DNA of 64,000 nucleotides, taken from positions 2,131 to 66,130 of the forward strand of contig JBAYJO010000003.1 in assembly GCA_041665085.1 (NCBI GenBank), given 5' to 3'. The notes under the pieces are model-generated. The model did no database searches, had not been told where the DNA came from, and was given only the letters and a program-made list of their open reading frames with translations. This DNA comes from Patescibacteria group bacterium (GTDB lineage: Bacteria; Patescibacteriota; UBA1384; JBAYJO01). Numbering within the stretch: the first letter of the stretch is position 1; every line of letters begins with the position of its first letter. Of this stretch, positions 11,508-20,303 are shown one piece after another. Both the position numbers and the translations under genes were made by a program.

Positions 11508-12440
11508 ATGTATATGTCGAAAAGAAAAACATTTAATGTGGCTGTTTATTCAATTGGGTTATTATTTCTTTTGGGGGCGATTTCATTTTCCTCATATAAT
11601 TTATTCTACAAAGCAGATGAACTTCCTTCTGCAAATTTGGCTCTAACTACTTCAAGCGCGGGTGGACAGGTTTCCAATAATGCTAATTTTAATTTATATG
11701 TCAATTTTATCCCCAGTGGAAATACAATTTGTGCTATTAGTTTCACAATAAATTATCCAACTGATACTATTCAATTAGCAGGTGAACCGGTTCTTGGAGA
11801 AGTATACGATTTGGCAGTAGAGGCAGATACTAGCGTCCCCGGTATTATTAATTACGCCCTTGGAGTAAAAGGATGCAGCACTAGCAGCGCTCAACTTTTA
11901 ACGGTTCCGTTAAAAGCGATTTCGCTTGGAACAGCAAATATTACAATATCAAGCTCCGAAGCGGTTACTGATATTGATGGTCAAGTTGTGCCGTTTTCCA
12001 ACGTGCCGACGGTTATTAATATTATTCCTTTGGCTAAGCCGGTAGTAACAACATCCAAAACTTTTACTTACAAGTCTACTTTGTCATTAGCCGGTACTAA
12101 ATCAGCTGAATTAACCAAGATAGTGATCGGTGGAGTTACAACAGATGTTTCCGCTATTGCAACAACTTGGGCTGTATCTGTTAATTTAACGATTGGAAAT
12201 AATAATTTATCAGTTGTTGGAAAGGATAACTTAAATAATTTAAGCGACGCGGCAAGTTATAGTATTGTCAGAAGAAAAATGGCTGATGCGGATAATGATG
12301 GTTTTGTTAATATTAATGATTTTGGATCATTGATGTTAAATTGGAAAAAAACAGGAGCTGACAATGTTGCTGATTTCAACGAAGATTTAACAGTTGATAT
12401 TAAAGATTTTGGTAATTTGATGCTAAATTGGAATAAATAG
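11508..12440 (+). CDS. Cohesin-like plus dockerin protein (adaptor-type scaffoldin component) with an N-terminal TM or signal anchor.
   Basis: Cohesin-like 'NFNLYVNFIPSGNTICAISFTINYPTDTIQLAG…LLTVPLKAISLGTANITIS'. C-terminal duplicated dockerin segments 'DADNDGFVNINDFGSLMLNW' and 'DFNEDLTVDIKDFGNLMLNW'. Strong RBS AAGGAGG. Confidence 0.7.
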   Translation: MYMSKRKTFNVAVYSIGLLFLLGAISFSSYNLFYKADELPSANLALTTSSAGGQVSNNANFNLYVNFIPSGNTICAISFTINYPTDTIQLAGEPVLGEVYDLAVEADTSVPGIINYALGVKGCSTSSAQLLTVPLKAISLGTANITISSSEAVTDIDGQVVPFSNVPTVINIIPLAKPVVTTSKTFTYKSTLSLAGTKSAELTKIVIGGVTTDVSAIATTWAVSVNLTIGNNNLSVVGKDNLNNLSDAASYSIVRRKMADADNDGFVNINDFGSLMLNWKKTGADNVADFNEDLTVDIKDFGNLMLNWNK

Positions 12441-12442
12441 TT

Positions 12443-13366
12443 TTATTTAGACCATCTATCTTCGATTCTAGCGATAAAATATGGTAGATCGTTATCAATA
12501 TGCATTCGGCCTAAAATAAATAAATCATTTTTATTATGATCAATTTCTTTATTGACCGAGGACGCGGATTGATATCCAAATTCAGAAACTTTTGCGATCG
12601 CTCGCGCTCCCATGCTGCCGCCGGGATAAGCATAATTTTTAATTTTGATTTCTAGCTTTTCTTCTAGGATTTTTTTAGATTCAGAAAGTTCGTAATTAAT
12701 TTCGTCATCTGTGGCTGCATTCATGTCGCGGTGAGTCATGTTGTGCGATCCGATTATCATGCCGTATTTTGCCATTTCTAGGGCATTGTTCCAGCTCATA
12801 TAATCGCTGCCTGTACCGACTGATCCTTTGTCTAACCACGAGGGAACCATAAAAAATGTTGCATTGTAATGATATTGTTTTAAAATAGGAAAAGCGTTTT
12901 GATATTGCCCGATTGTCCCATCGTCAAAAGTAATAACAATTGATTTGTCCGTTGGTTTATTTTTCCCTGTTGTTAAATAATTTACTAAAGCGTCAAGACT
13001 AATTACGCGATAATTATTTAAAGCTAGCCATCGCATTTGAAGTTCGAATTTTTCAGGGGAGACATAGTAGGATGTCTCTTCGCCTTCTTTTGGGGTGCCG
13101 ATTTTATGATAAAGAAGAATCGGGACTCTAATGGACCCTTTTTCTATTGGTTTGACTGGTAGTGTGCTCAAATATTCTTGGTCTTTTTTTTCCTCATCTG
13201 TAAATTCAATTGTTTTTTCTGTAATATCTGGTGCTTGCCAAGAAGTATCTTCATTATTTATTATATTTTGATCTGATTTTATTCGAGCATTTCTGATAAA
13301 TCCAAAAAAACAAATTCCGATGAATATTATTATAATAATTAAAAAAACGCTTTTTGTTGCTTTCAT
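12443..13366 (-). CDS. Polysaccharide deacetylase (NodB-homology, CE4) with an N-terminal TM anchor.
   Basis: 'SIVITFDDGTIGQYQNAFPILKQYHYNATFFMV' NodB motif and His-containing motifs (HNMTHRD). Confidence 0.8.
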   Translation of the reverse strand: MKATKSVFLIIIIIFIGICFFGFIRNARIKSDQNIINNEDTSWQAPDITEKTIEFTDEEKKDQEYLSTLPVKPIEKGSIRVPILLYHKIGTPKEGEETSYYVSPEKFELQMRWLALNNYRVISLDALVNYLTTGKNKPTDKSIVITFDDGTIGQYQNAFPILKQYHYNATFFMVPSWLDKGSVGTGSDYMSWNNALEMAKYGMIIGSHNMTHRDMNAATDDEINYELSESKKILEEKLEIKIKNYAYPGGSMGARAIAKVSEFGYQSASSVNKEIDHNKNDLFILGRMHIDNDLPYFIARIEDRWSK

Positions 13367-13491
13367 TTATTATATTATAACTTATTTGGAACTTAAGCTA
13401 AATGGTCCTAATGGATAAAATCATAATGATATTTTAGAATTAATGAAATATTATAGGGTTGTAATAAAAGAAATTGAAAGGGGGTGATAAT

Positions 13492-13842
13492 ATGTTTTGG
13501 TTATATGCATTAATAGCAGGTTTAATTGTTGGGTGGATTGTGAGTGCGGCAACAAAAGAAACAAGAGGTCAGAGTATTTTTGGATATATACTTATGGGAG
13601 CTGTAGGGGGGTTGGTTGGAAACTGGTTTTTTGCAGATTTACTTAAAATTGGAGTTCATTCAAGTGTTGCATTAAGAGATGTTTTGGCAATAGCTTGGGG
13701 AGGAATTGGATCGTTGGTTTTTGTTGCGGTAATCAGCGCAATCTGGCCGGAAAAGTATGTGTCTGATCGTGAAGAAAAATTTGGACGAGGTTATGCTCAT
13801 GAATATAGAGATCATGAAAAAGATAAAGATAAGGATGAATAA
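13492..13842 (+). CDS. GlsB/YeaQ/YmgE-family transglycosylase-associated small membrane protein.
   Basis: Two TM helices with Gly-rich 'GxxGGxxG' motifs. Start set at the ATG after RBS AAAGGGGGTGA; the track start at 13474 lies inside the RBS. Confidence 0.7.
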   Translation: MFWLYALIAGLIVGWIVSAATKETRGQSIFGYILMGAVGGLVGNWFFADLLKIGVHSSVALRDVLAIAWGGIGSLVFVAVISAIWPEKYVSDREEKFGRGYAHEYRDHEKDKDKDE

Positions 13843-13850
13843 TATGGCAA

Positions 13851-13878
13851 GTCCGTCTACCGGGGATGATAGACGGAC
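13851..13878. terminator. Perfect 9-bp stem hairpin (gtccgtcta…tagacggac) at the left edge of the GC-rich island, between convergent genes.
   Basis: Inverted repeat read directly; sits between the YeaQ stop (13842) and the island-gene stop (13879). Confidence 0.5.
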
Positions 13879-15093
13879 CTAGAATTTGAGGGTTGGGTGG
13901 GTGATTGTGATAATCTCCGGTTTAGGAGAGCTTTTCCTGTTCTTAGGAGGTCGTATCTTGTCGTTCGGAGAAGTTCCAATTGCATCCCGATCCAGTATCT
14001 GATGCTGTCTGATCTTAGTATCCTGTATTGAGACTAAGCGTGCTCCTTTCTTGGAAACTGTGATATTTCGGAAGTTGTTGGTTGCGTATTCTCTGTAGGA
14101 CATGCCATTATACATGGATCCAAGATCAAGTGTGGGATGAGGTACTGCTAGATCATAACACATTGAACCTCGAGAATGGTTCTCTTTGTTGGGCGGAACA
14201 TGGCATTGACAAAGTTCATAGCTTGGGCAAACCAAAGCGCAGTGCCTTTCGGCTGCTAAAGCGCTTGTTTTGGGTCGCCATTGACAGAGTCCGTTTCCAA
14301 TATGCCATGCACCTTGGTTGGAGTCGTAGCAGGACAATCCTGCATTATGGCAAGCAAGCGATAGATCTTCCGATAAGTCTTCGCTTATACCGTCTCTTTT
14401 GTCATAAGTGAAGCTTTTGATCATACCAAATTGGTAGACCAACCTCATGATCCAGATATCCACACAATAGAACGGTATTTGACGGAAGAATTCCCACTCC
14501 CTATCGTTGCCTTTCCATTGGATATCTTGAAGCCAGAGCAAGATTAGTTGAGCGATCTTGTGCTTCATCCCAACAGGTTTATCACGATGCTTGCCAGCGA
14601 GCGTCATTACCTTGATCAATCGGTCTCTGTTTTCCATCGGACTCTGATCAAGATTGAGATTCCGAAGAATCAAAATCCTAGGATCACCATCGTATTTCTC
14701 AAGGAGCTTAAGAGTGTTTCGCCACCAGTTGATTCTCTTTGGATCAGTGTGAGCAAAGGGAATGATTGGGGTTAGAATTCTCCGCAGCTCGTCTTGATAA
14801 CTCTCTGCCAGTCCAGTTGCAGGATTGAGTACTTCAGGGTGATCCAGACATACTGTGCTGCATTGGCTGATAGCTTTTTCAGCTGTTTTGCCAGATCTGT
14901 TGTTCCAGCCGACAAAGAAGAGATACATGGCATGCATTAGGCTGCCATATTCTATTTCTTTGGGTTGATGGCGAATTTCCGGGGGGTGCATATTGGCAAA
15001 ACCATAAGTACGGTTTTCCCATGCATCTGCCCAGCTTTTGCATACAACTGCTGCAGTATCGCAGTCAAACTCGTACTTTTTGATTCTGGCCAC
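13879..15093 (-). CDS. Hypothetical Cys-rich protein of the GC-rich island. There is a possible HhH-like 'FYCVDIWIMRLVYQFGMI' segment. Function unknown.
   Basis: Long ORF at ~48% GC. Likely GTG start at 15093, which lies 9 nt after GAAAGGAGG; the track gives TTG at 15129. Antisense ORFs over it are composition artefacts. Confidence 0.55.
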   Translation of the reverse strand: MARIKKYEFDCDTAAVVCKSWADAWENRTYGFANMHPPEIRHQPKEIEYGSLMHAMYLFFVGWNNRSGKTAEKAISQCSTVCLDHPEVLNPATGLAESYQDELRRILTPIIPFAHTDPKRINWWRNTLKLLEKYDGDPRILILRNLNLDQSPMENRDRLIKVMTLAGKHRDKPVGMKHKIAQLILLWLQDIQWKGNDREWEFFRQIPFYCVDIWIMRLVYQFGMIKSFTYDKRDGISEDLSEDLSLACHNAGLSCYDSNQGAWHIGNGLCQWRPKTSALAAERHCALVCPSYELCQCHVPPNKENHSRGSMCYDLAVPHPTLDLGSMYNGMSYREYATNNFRNITVSKKGARLVSIQDTKIRQHQILDRDAIGTSPNDKIRPPKNRKSSPKPEIITITHPTLKF

Positions 15094-15213
15094 TTGTGGC
15101 ACCCTCCTTTCAGATTGATCAGAATTCAAAAGAGAGCGTTCCTTGCTCCCTCATTTTCAATATAGATTATTTGTAAAAATAAGGCAAATGCAAAGGGGCA
15201 GCTATATTTCAAG

Positions 15214-16518
15214 CTACCCCGAGTTAGTCTGGCCTGTGCCAGCCAATACTGCTGGTTGTGATTCTTCAGCAGTCAGTTCGTCGATAGCGTCAAGTAGACG
15301 CCGAGTTTGTCGAGTCAGTCGTTTGACTTTCTTAGGATCAAGACTGATCAGGTGTCGCGCGAGTTTGGCTAGATGTGGTAGACCAATTCCCTCGAGACTA
15401 TTGATTACCATTTGGACTTGGCCAAGACATGAGTCAAGATGATCTAGTACTTTACCAAGTCTCTTACGGTTTTCAGGGTCGGTCATAGGTGAATCAGCTG
15501 TTGATAATAGGTGTTGTTCGCAGAGCCACTTCATTCCTTCGAATGTTAGTATAATGCCCTGCAAGCCATCGCCTGTCAAGCTCTTGATAGCATTGCGAAA
15601 TGCCTTTTCAGTATCAGCTTGGACAGAATAATCCATTGCTGCAGCTAAGTCCATTTGGACTAGACTGGCGATTCTTTCAGTGATGCGTCTGCGGTACTTT
15701 GGAATCGACAATCGTGGCCCTTGGCTTATGACATAACGCAATTCAGTTTCTAGCGTTTTTTCGCCGAACTTATGATCTGCCAATCGAGCCATCTCTATGG
15801 CAAAACCATACTTCATCTTGCTGTTTTCAACAGCTTTGCGCAAACGATCCGGCAAGCCGCAGAACTTGATCATGCGACTGACTTTGTTAGGGGAGCAACC
15901 AAGTTCTTTGGCCAATTTGGCATACGAGAATTGCGCATCTCTCTTGCGGTACATCTTAAGCATTGATTCGACAAAGTATGCCTCCTCATGTGCCGGTACT
16001 GTACCGTGGATGTTTTCGGAGACTTGAATGCATCTGGCGTAGAAAGGATCAGGATTGACATAGATGTCGCACCACCTGATTGCGCTTTTTGGAAACTGTA
16101 TCTCAAAGCAGTGGCATTCAGATGATTCTTCTCCATCAACCTTGCAACGCGAGCATCCTTTTTCACGGAGTTCGATCATTGCTCGAATTCTACATTCTCC
16201 TGCGATCAAGACATAGTATTTGCCTTTTCGCGCGTAGGATTTGTAGTCATCAAACTCGAGGGTTGCTCCATGAAGGTCTGCCGAGAAAAGCAAATACTCG
16301 ATGAACTTTGCTTTGCTGGTAAAAACAGCCAGCTTAATGTTGGTCAAAAGTCCCATTCGGCCGATATTCTCAGCCAAGTCAGTGATCTTGAGGGGATCAA
16401 AGGTGTGCCTTTCCTGTGGTAAGATAATCACATCTTCGATCGGGATTTCTCGACTTCGCATGAGCGATTCGAACTGTAGTCTCTCAACAACATTGTTTTC
16501 TGGTCCAGACTTTGTCAT
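15214..16518 (-). CDS. ParB/Srx-like nuclease-domain protein with an HTH domain.
   Basis: 'YVLIAGECRIRAM' resembles the ParB 'LIAGERRxRA' box. HTH 'SYAKLAKELGCSPNKVSRMIKF'. ATG at 16518 is preceded by AAAGGGGGTGA. GC ~50%. Confidence 0.65.
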   Translation of the reverse strand: MTKSGPENNVVERLQFESLMRSREIPIEDVIILPQERHTFDPLKITDLAENIGRMGLLTNIKLAVFTSKAKFIEYLLFSADLHGATLEFDDYKSYARKGKYYVLIAGECRIRAMIELREKGCSRCKVDGEESSECHCFEIQFPKSAIRWCDIYVNPDPFYARCIQVSENIHGTVPAHEEAYFVESMLKMYRKRDAQFSYAKLAKELGCSPNKVSRMIKFCGLPDRLRKAVENSKMKYGFAIEMARLADHKFGEKTLETELRYVISQGPRLSIPKYRRRITERIASLVQMDLAAAMDYSVQADTEKAFRNAIKSLTGDGLQGIILTFEGMKWLCEQHLLSTADSPMTDPENRKRLGKVLDHLDSCLGQVQMVINSLEGIGLPHLAKLARHLISLDPKKVKRLTRQTRRLLDAIDELTAEESQPAVLAGTGQTNSG

Positions 16519-16609
16519 TTCATCACCCCCTTTTGTCCAGACTAATTTAATCATTAAAATAAATACGAGACTTGTCAAATGGTACATGTTAATAAATATG
16601 TGGAAAAGT

Positions 16610-16648
16610 ATATATTAAAAAGGTTAAGGCAGGCGCAAGCGCCTGCCT
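16610..16648 (-). terminator. Rho-independent terminator downstream of purA (minus strand).
   Basis: Perfect hairpin 'aggcaggcgc aa gcgcctgcct', followed on the minus strand by TTAACCTTTTTAATATA. Confidence 0.7.
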
Positions 16649-16680
16649 AATAAGTCAATATTCAGTTTTGGGTCAATCCG

Positions 16681-17952
16681 CTATTTGCGGAGGATGATCT
16701 TGTCTCGATGAGCACCGTTGGTCACGATGACGATCGGAACTCCGAGAAGCTGCTCGATGTGATCGATGTAGCTGCGTGCTGCTTCGGGAAGTTCATCCAT
16801 GCTTGTTGCTCCTGTGATGTCTTCCTTCCAGCCGGGTAATGTCTCGTATTCTGGTTCGACTTTGCCTAGCAGATCCGTGGTCGGGTAGCTGGCAAGGATC
16901 GAATCCCGGTACTTGTAAGCGATGCAGATCTTGATCTCATCAAGCTGACTCAAGATATCAAGCTTGGTCATGATGAGACTGGTGAATCCGCCAACCATCA
17001 TAGCGTACTTGAGCGCTACGATATCGAGCCATCCGCATCTTCGTTTCCTGCCGGTAGTAGCGCCGTACTCGTTGCCAGATGTTCGGAGTTGTTCGCCGAT
17101 CTGGTCTCGCAATTCGGTGGGAAAAGGACCAGCACCAACAGCAGTGGTGTATGCTTTCATAACTCCGTAGATCTCGATGATTTCGAGCGGTGAAATTCCG
17201 GCTCCTGCAATAATACCAGCAGGGCTAGGGCAGGAGCTGGTAACGAATGGATAGGCACCTTCATTGAGATCCCGCATAAGGCCAAGTTGTCCTTCGAGCA
17301 AGATCTGCTTGCTGCCAGATACTGCAGTGTGGATCAGCTCAATTGGATTCATGACATGTGGAGCAATGAATCGACATGCTCCTTCAATCTCATCCATGAT
17401 CTGACTCAAGCTAAGCCCACTGTGACCATAGAGCGAGAGTCGATCATTGATCCATTCAAGTTCTTGGCTTATGTGGTTGCTAAATTGCCCAAGGTCAAGG
17501 ACCTCCTCGACTCGGAATCCGCTCCTGTTTGCCTTGTCGGCATAGCACCACGCAATGCCTTGATGGGTCGATCCAATCTCTTTGCCATTGCCCATGCGCC
17601 GCTTTTCATCTAGCATGTCGAAAAGGACGTGATAGGGCATGACGAGATGGGCAAGTGGGGAAATGATGAGCTTGCTGGTGTTGATTCCTACTTTCTGCAA
17701 CTCTCTGATTTCAGTTTCAACACCAACCGGATTGACGACGCAACCATTTCCGATGATGCAGGTGGTCTCGGGGTTGAATATCCCAGATGGGATAGCATGC
17801 AATTTGAAGACTCGGCCGTCGCGTTCAACAGTGTGGCCGGCATTGGCTCCACCTTGACCACGAATAACCATATCAGCTTCAGTGGCAAGATAATCAACCA
17901 CTTTGCCTTTGCCTTCATCTCCCCATTGTGTTCCGGCTACGATATCGACCAT
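16681..17952 (-). CDS. purA: Adenylosuccinate synthetase.
   Basis: 'VAGTQWGDEGKGK', 'GGANAGHTV', 'GTTGRKRRCGWLD' canonical motifs. Start at the internal 'MVDIVAG…'; the track ORF extends 25 codons upstream. GC ~52%, atypical for this window. Confidence 0.9.
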   Translation of the reverse strand: MVDIVAGTQWGDEGKGKVVDYLATEADMVIRGQGGANAGHTVERDGRVFKLHAIPSGIFNPETTCIIGNGCVVNPVGVETEIRELQKVGINTSKLIISPLAHLVMPYHVLFDMLDEKRRMGNGKEIGSTHQGIAWCYADKANRSGFRVEEVLDLGQFSNHISQELEWINDRLSLYGHSGLSLSQIMDEIEGACRFIAPHVMNPIELIHTAVSGSKQILLEGQLGLMRDLNEGAYPFVTSSCPSPAGIIAGAGISPLEIIEIYGVMKAYTTAVGAGPFPTELRDQIGEQLRTSGNEYGATTGRKRRCGWLDIVALKYAMMVGGFTSLIMTKLDILSQLDEIKICIAYKYRDSILASYPTTDLLGKVEPEYETLPGWKEDITGATSMDELPEAARSYIDHIEQLLGVPIVIVTNGAHRDKIILRK

Positions 17953-18087
17953 AGTAGAATTATCCTCTCTTGTGAAGTAGTGTAAGGCAATCGGTTGCTT
18001 ATCTTCACAACCATAAGAATAGTACAATTTAATAAATAAAAAATCAATCTATTTTAAAAAATATTTTAGAACTGTGTCAATTATTGT

Positions 18088-18795
18088 TTAGTCGTTTAGG
18101 CCGTCTTTTAGTTTTATTCGGTTTTTGCAGGCATCAGCAACTTCGGTATTGTGAGTAACAATTAAAAATGTTTGGTTGTTTTCTTTGTTTAATTTTTTAA
18201 GCATCTCAATAATTTCAAGTGAAGTTTTGCTATCAAGCTCGCCTGTTGGTTCGTCTGCTAAAATGACAGCAGGATTATTCATCAATGCACGAGCAATGGC
18301 AACTCGTTGTTGTTGTCCGCCGGATAGTTCATTTGGCTTGTGGTTAATTCTATCTGTAAGTCCAACCAATGTAAGCAGTTCTTTTGCTCGCTCTTTTCTG
18401 ACTTTTGCCTTCATGCCGCCATATTTTCCAGCTAGCATCACATTTTCAATAGCTGTCAAAGAGGGAATTAGATTAAATCCTTGAAAAATAAAACCAATTT
18501 TTTTTGCTCTGATTTTGTGAGCTTTTTTTTCATTGATTTTACTCATATCATCACCATCAATGATCAAAGTGCCTTCATTTGGTTTATCAAGGAGCCCAAG
18601 GATGTGCATCAATGTTGATTTTCCACAGCCTGATGGCCCGACAATAGCAGAAAAATCTCCTTCATTTACTTCAAGATCAATTCCTTTTAATGCCTCGACA
18701 ATATTTGTTTTAGACATTTTATATGTCTTTTTTAAACCAGTTGCTTTAATAATTGTTTTATTTCCACCCAAGGCGGACTTTATTTCATTTTGCAT
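18088..18795 (-). CDS. ABC transporter ATP-binding protein (MacB/LolD-type).
   Basis: Walker A 'GPSGCGKST', signature 'LSGGQQQRVAIARAL', Walker B 'ILADEPTGELD'. Confidence 0.9.
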   Translation of the reverse strand: MQNEIKSALGGNKTIIKATGLKKTYKMSKTNIVEALKGIDLEVNEGDFSAIVGPSGCGKSTLMHILGLLDKPNEGTLIIDGDDMSKINEKKAHKIRAKKIGFIFQGFNLIPSLTAIENVMLAGKYGGMKAKVRKERAKELLTLVGLTDRINHKPNELSGGQQQRVAIARALMNNPAVILADEPTGELDSKTSLEIIEMLKKLNKENNQTFLIVTHNTEVADACKNRIKLKDGLND

Positions 18796-18810
18796 ATTTA
18801 TCCTTTATGT

Positions 18811-18880
18811 TGTCATCCTGAACTTGATTCAGGATCTAATTATTATTTATATAGATTCCGGATCAAGTCCGGAATGACAT
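18811..18880. repeat. Intergenic palindromic repeat (two hairpin modules), same family as the uvrC insert.
   Basis: 'tgtcatcctgaacttgattcaggatc' and 'attccggatcaagtccggaatgacat'. Lies between the permease stop and the ATPase start. Confidence 0.6.
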
Positions 18881-18885
18881 TTGAA

Positions 18886-20172
18886 CTATAATTCTCTAAT
18901 TGCGTCAACAACTTTCATTTTTGAAGCTCGTATAGCAGGAATAATTCCGGCGATTATTCCTATTACAAATGAAAATACTACGACTCCAGCAAGGAAATTT
19001 GGTGAAAGTAAAAATATTTCCGCACCTTTGCTTGCCATTTTTGAATTGATTATTATAATTGCTAGAGCTCCTAGCCCCATGCCAAGCAATCCTCCAAAAA
19101 AGCTGATAACTCCTGCTTCAAGAGTGTATTCTAGAGCAATTGATCTACCTGAAGCGCCAAGAGCTTTTTTGATTCCGATTTCTTTTGTTCTTTCTGAAAT
19201 TGACATAACCATCGTGTTTGTTATTGAAAATATTCCTACGATCAAGGCTAGCATGGCCGCGCCATAAATAATTGCATTCATTGTGGCTGATGCTTTATCA
19301 ATTTGTTCTCCCATTTTTTTTGGAGATAAGACCACAACTTGGTCTTTAAATTGGTTTTTTATTTTTGCTACTATTACTTCCGGGTCGGCGCCATTTTTCC
19401 ATGAAACTGCTCCCATTGTTGAAACATCCTCAACATTAAATGTTTTTGCTTGGATTATTTGATTTCTGGTTTCGGGTGAAAGTTTTGCTAATTCAACATC
19501 TGAAATATTTGATGCTTCAGCAGCACGGTCTTTTAACGATTTTAAAAATGGATTTGAATCAATATACATTTCTCGTGCAACCGGTAATTTCATAAAGACA
19601 TAACTATCCGGACCAGTCATGGTTTTATCGAGTATGCCAACAACATTAAATTCTTTTTCTCGAATTTTAACTTTATCATTCACTTTCCAATTTTTGTCTA
19701 ATGCAACTGTTGAGCCGATCGAAATGTCATTATCTGCGCTATCTTTATTTATTAGTTTTCCTTCTTTCATATCCAGCGTTTCCCAGTTTTTGTTTTTAAA
19801 ATTAGAACTGGTGTCAAGCGAGTTGATTGTTGGAGGTGTGCTCATGCTAATTGAAACTGGTTCATCCGGATTTGGTTCATTAACGGCTAAACTGACCGAT
19901 CCTTCAACAGCTTCAATTCCATCAATTTTAGCGATATTATTTAATGTATCAACAGGCAACATTCCGCTCATTTGGCCGGTAGCAAAGTCGGTTCCTTTTG
20001 GCATAATCGTAATCTGACCGGTAATGTATTTTTTGCCGCCATCAATCATTTTATTTAATTTAAGCGCCATTGACCCCATTACTGTAAATGCAAAAATTCC
20101 AACAACAATTCCGACTATTGTTAAAAATGTGCGAAACTTTCGTCGCCACATATTTCGCAAAATTTCTATCAT
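18886..20172 (-). CDS. ABC transporter permease (FtsX/MacB-type with a large extracytoplasmic domain).
   Basis: N-terminal TM, ~250-aa periplasmic MacB_PCD-like domain, and C-terminal FtsX 4-TM bundle. Confidence 0.8.
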   Translation of the reverse strand: MIEILRNMWRRKFRTFLTIVGIVVGIFAFTVMGSMALKLNKMIDGGKKYITGQITIMPKGTDFATGQMSGMLPVDTLNNIAKIDGIEAVEGSVSLAVNEPNPDEPVSISMSTPPTINSLDTSSNFKNKNWETLDMKEGKLINKDSADNDISIGSTVALDKNWKVNDKVKIREKEFNVVGILDKTMTGPDSYVFMKLPVAREMYIDSNPFLKSLKDRAAEASNISDVELAKLSPETRNQIIQAKTFNVEDVSTMGAVSWKNGADPEVIVAKIKNQFKDQVVVLSPKKMGEQIDKASATMNAIIYGAAMLALIVGIFSITNTMVMSISERTKEIGIKKALGASGRSIALEYTLEAGVISFFGGLLGMGLGALAIIIINSKMASKGAEIFLLSPNFLAGVVVFSFVIGIIAGIIPAIRASKMKVVDAIREL

Positions 20173-20303
20173 CTTACTCCTTATATTTATTTTTATCTTT
20201 ATTGATTATAACAAAAAAATAGATATCAAACAATATTTTTATTAAATAATGATATAATATAAATATATTTATTTTATTTGCCGTTTGGCAAAATGGAGGA
20301 AAA

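Noticed and set aside
14082-16618. Multiple 60-110-aa ORFs on the plus strand inside the GC-rich island (14082-14411, 14548-14775, 14965-15165, 15143-15442, 15772-16304, 16301-16618).
   Set aside because: They are all antisense to long, coherent minus-strand genes. Open frames like these are expected in GC-rich DNA, and none has an RBS or a recognisable motif.
16681-17952. Possibility that the GC-rich purA is a phage-type PurZ (2-aminoadenine pathway).
   Set aside because: The GDEGKGK, GGANAGHTV and GTTGRKRRCGW motifs look like canonical PurA, and no datZ, mazZ or dpoZ companions are present. It is retained only as a low-probability hypothesis inside the island finding.
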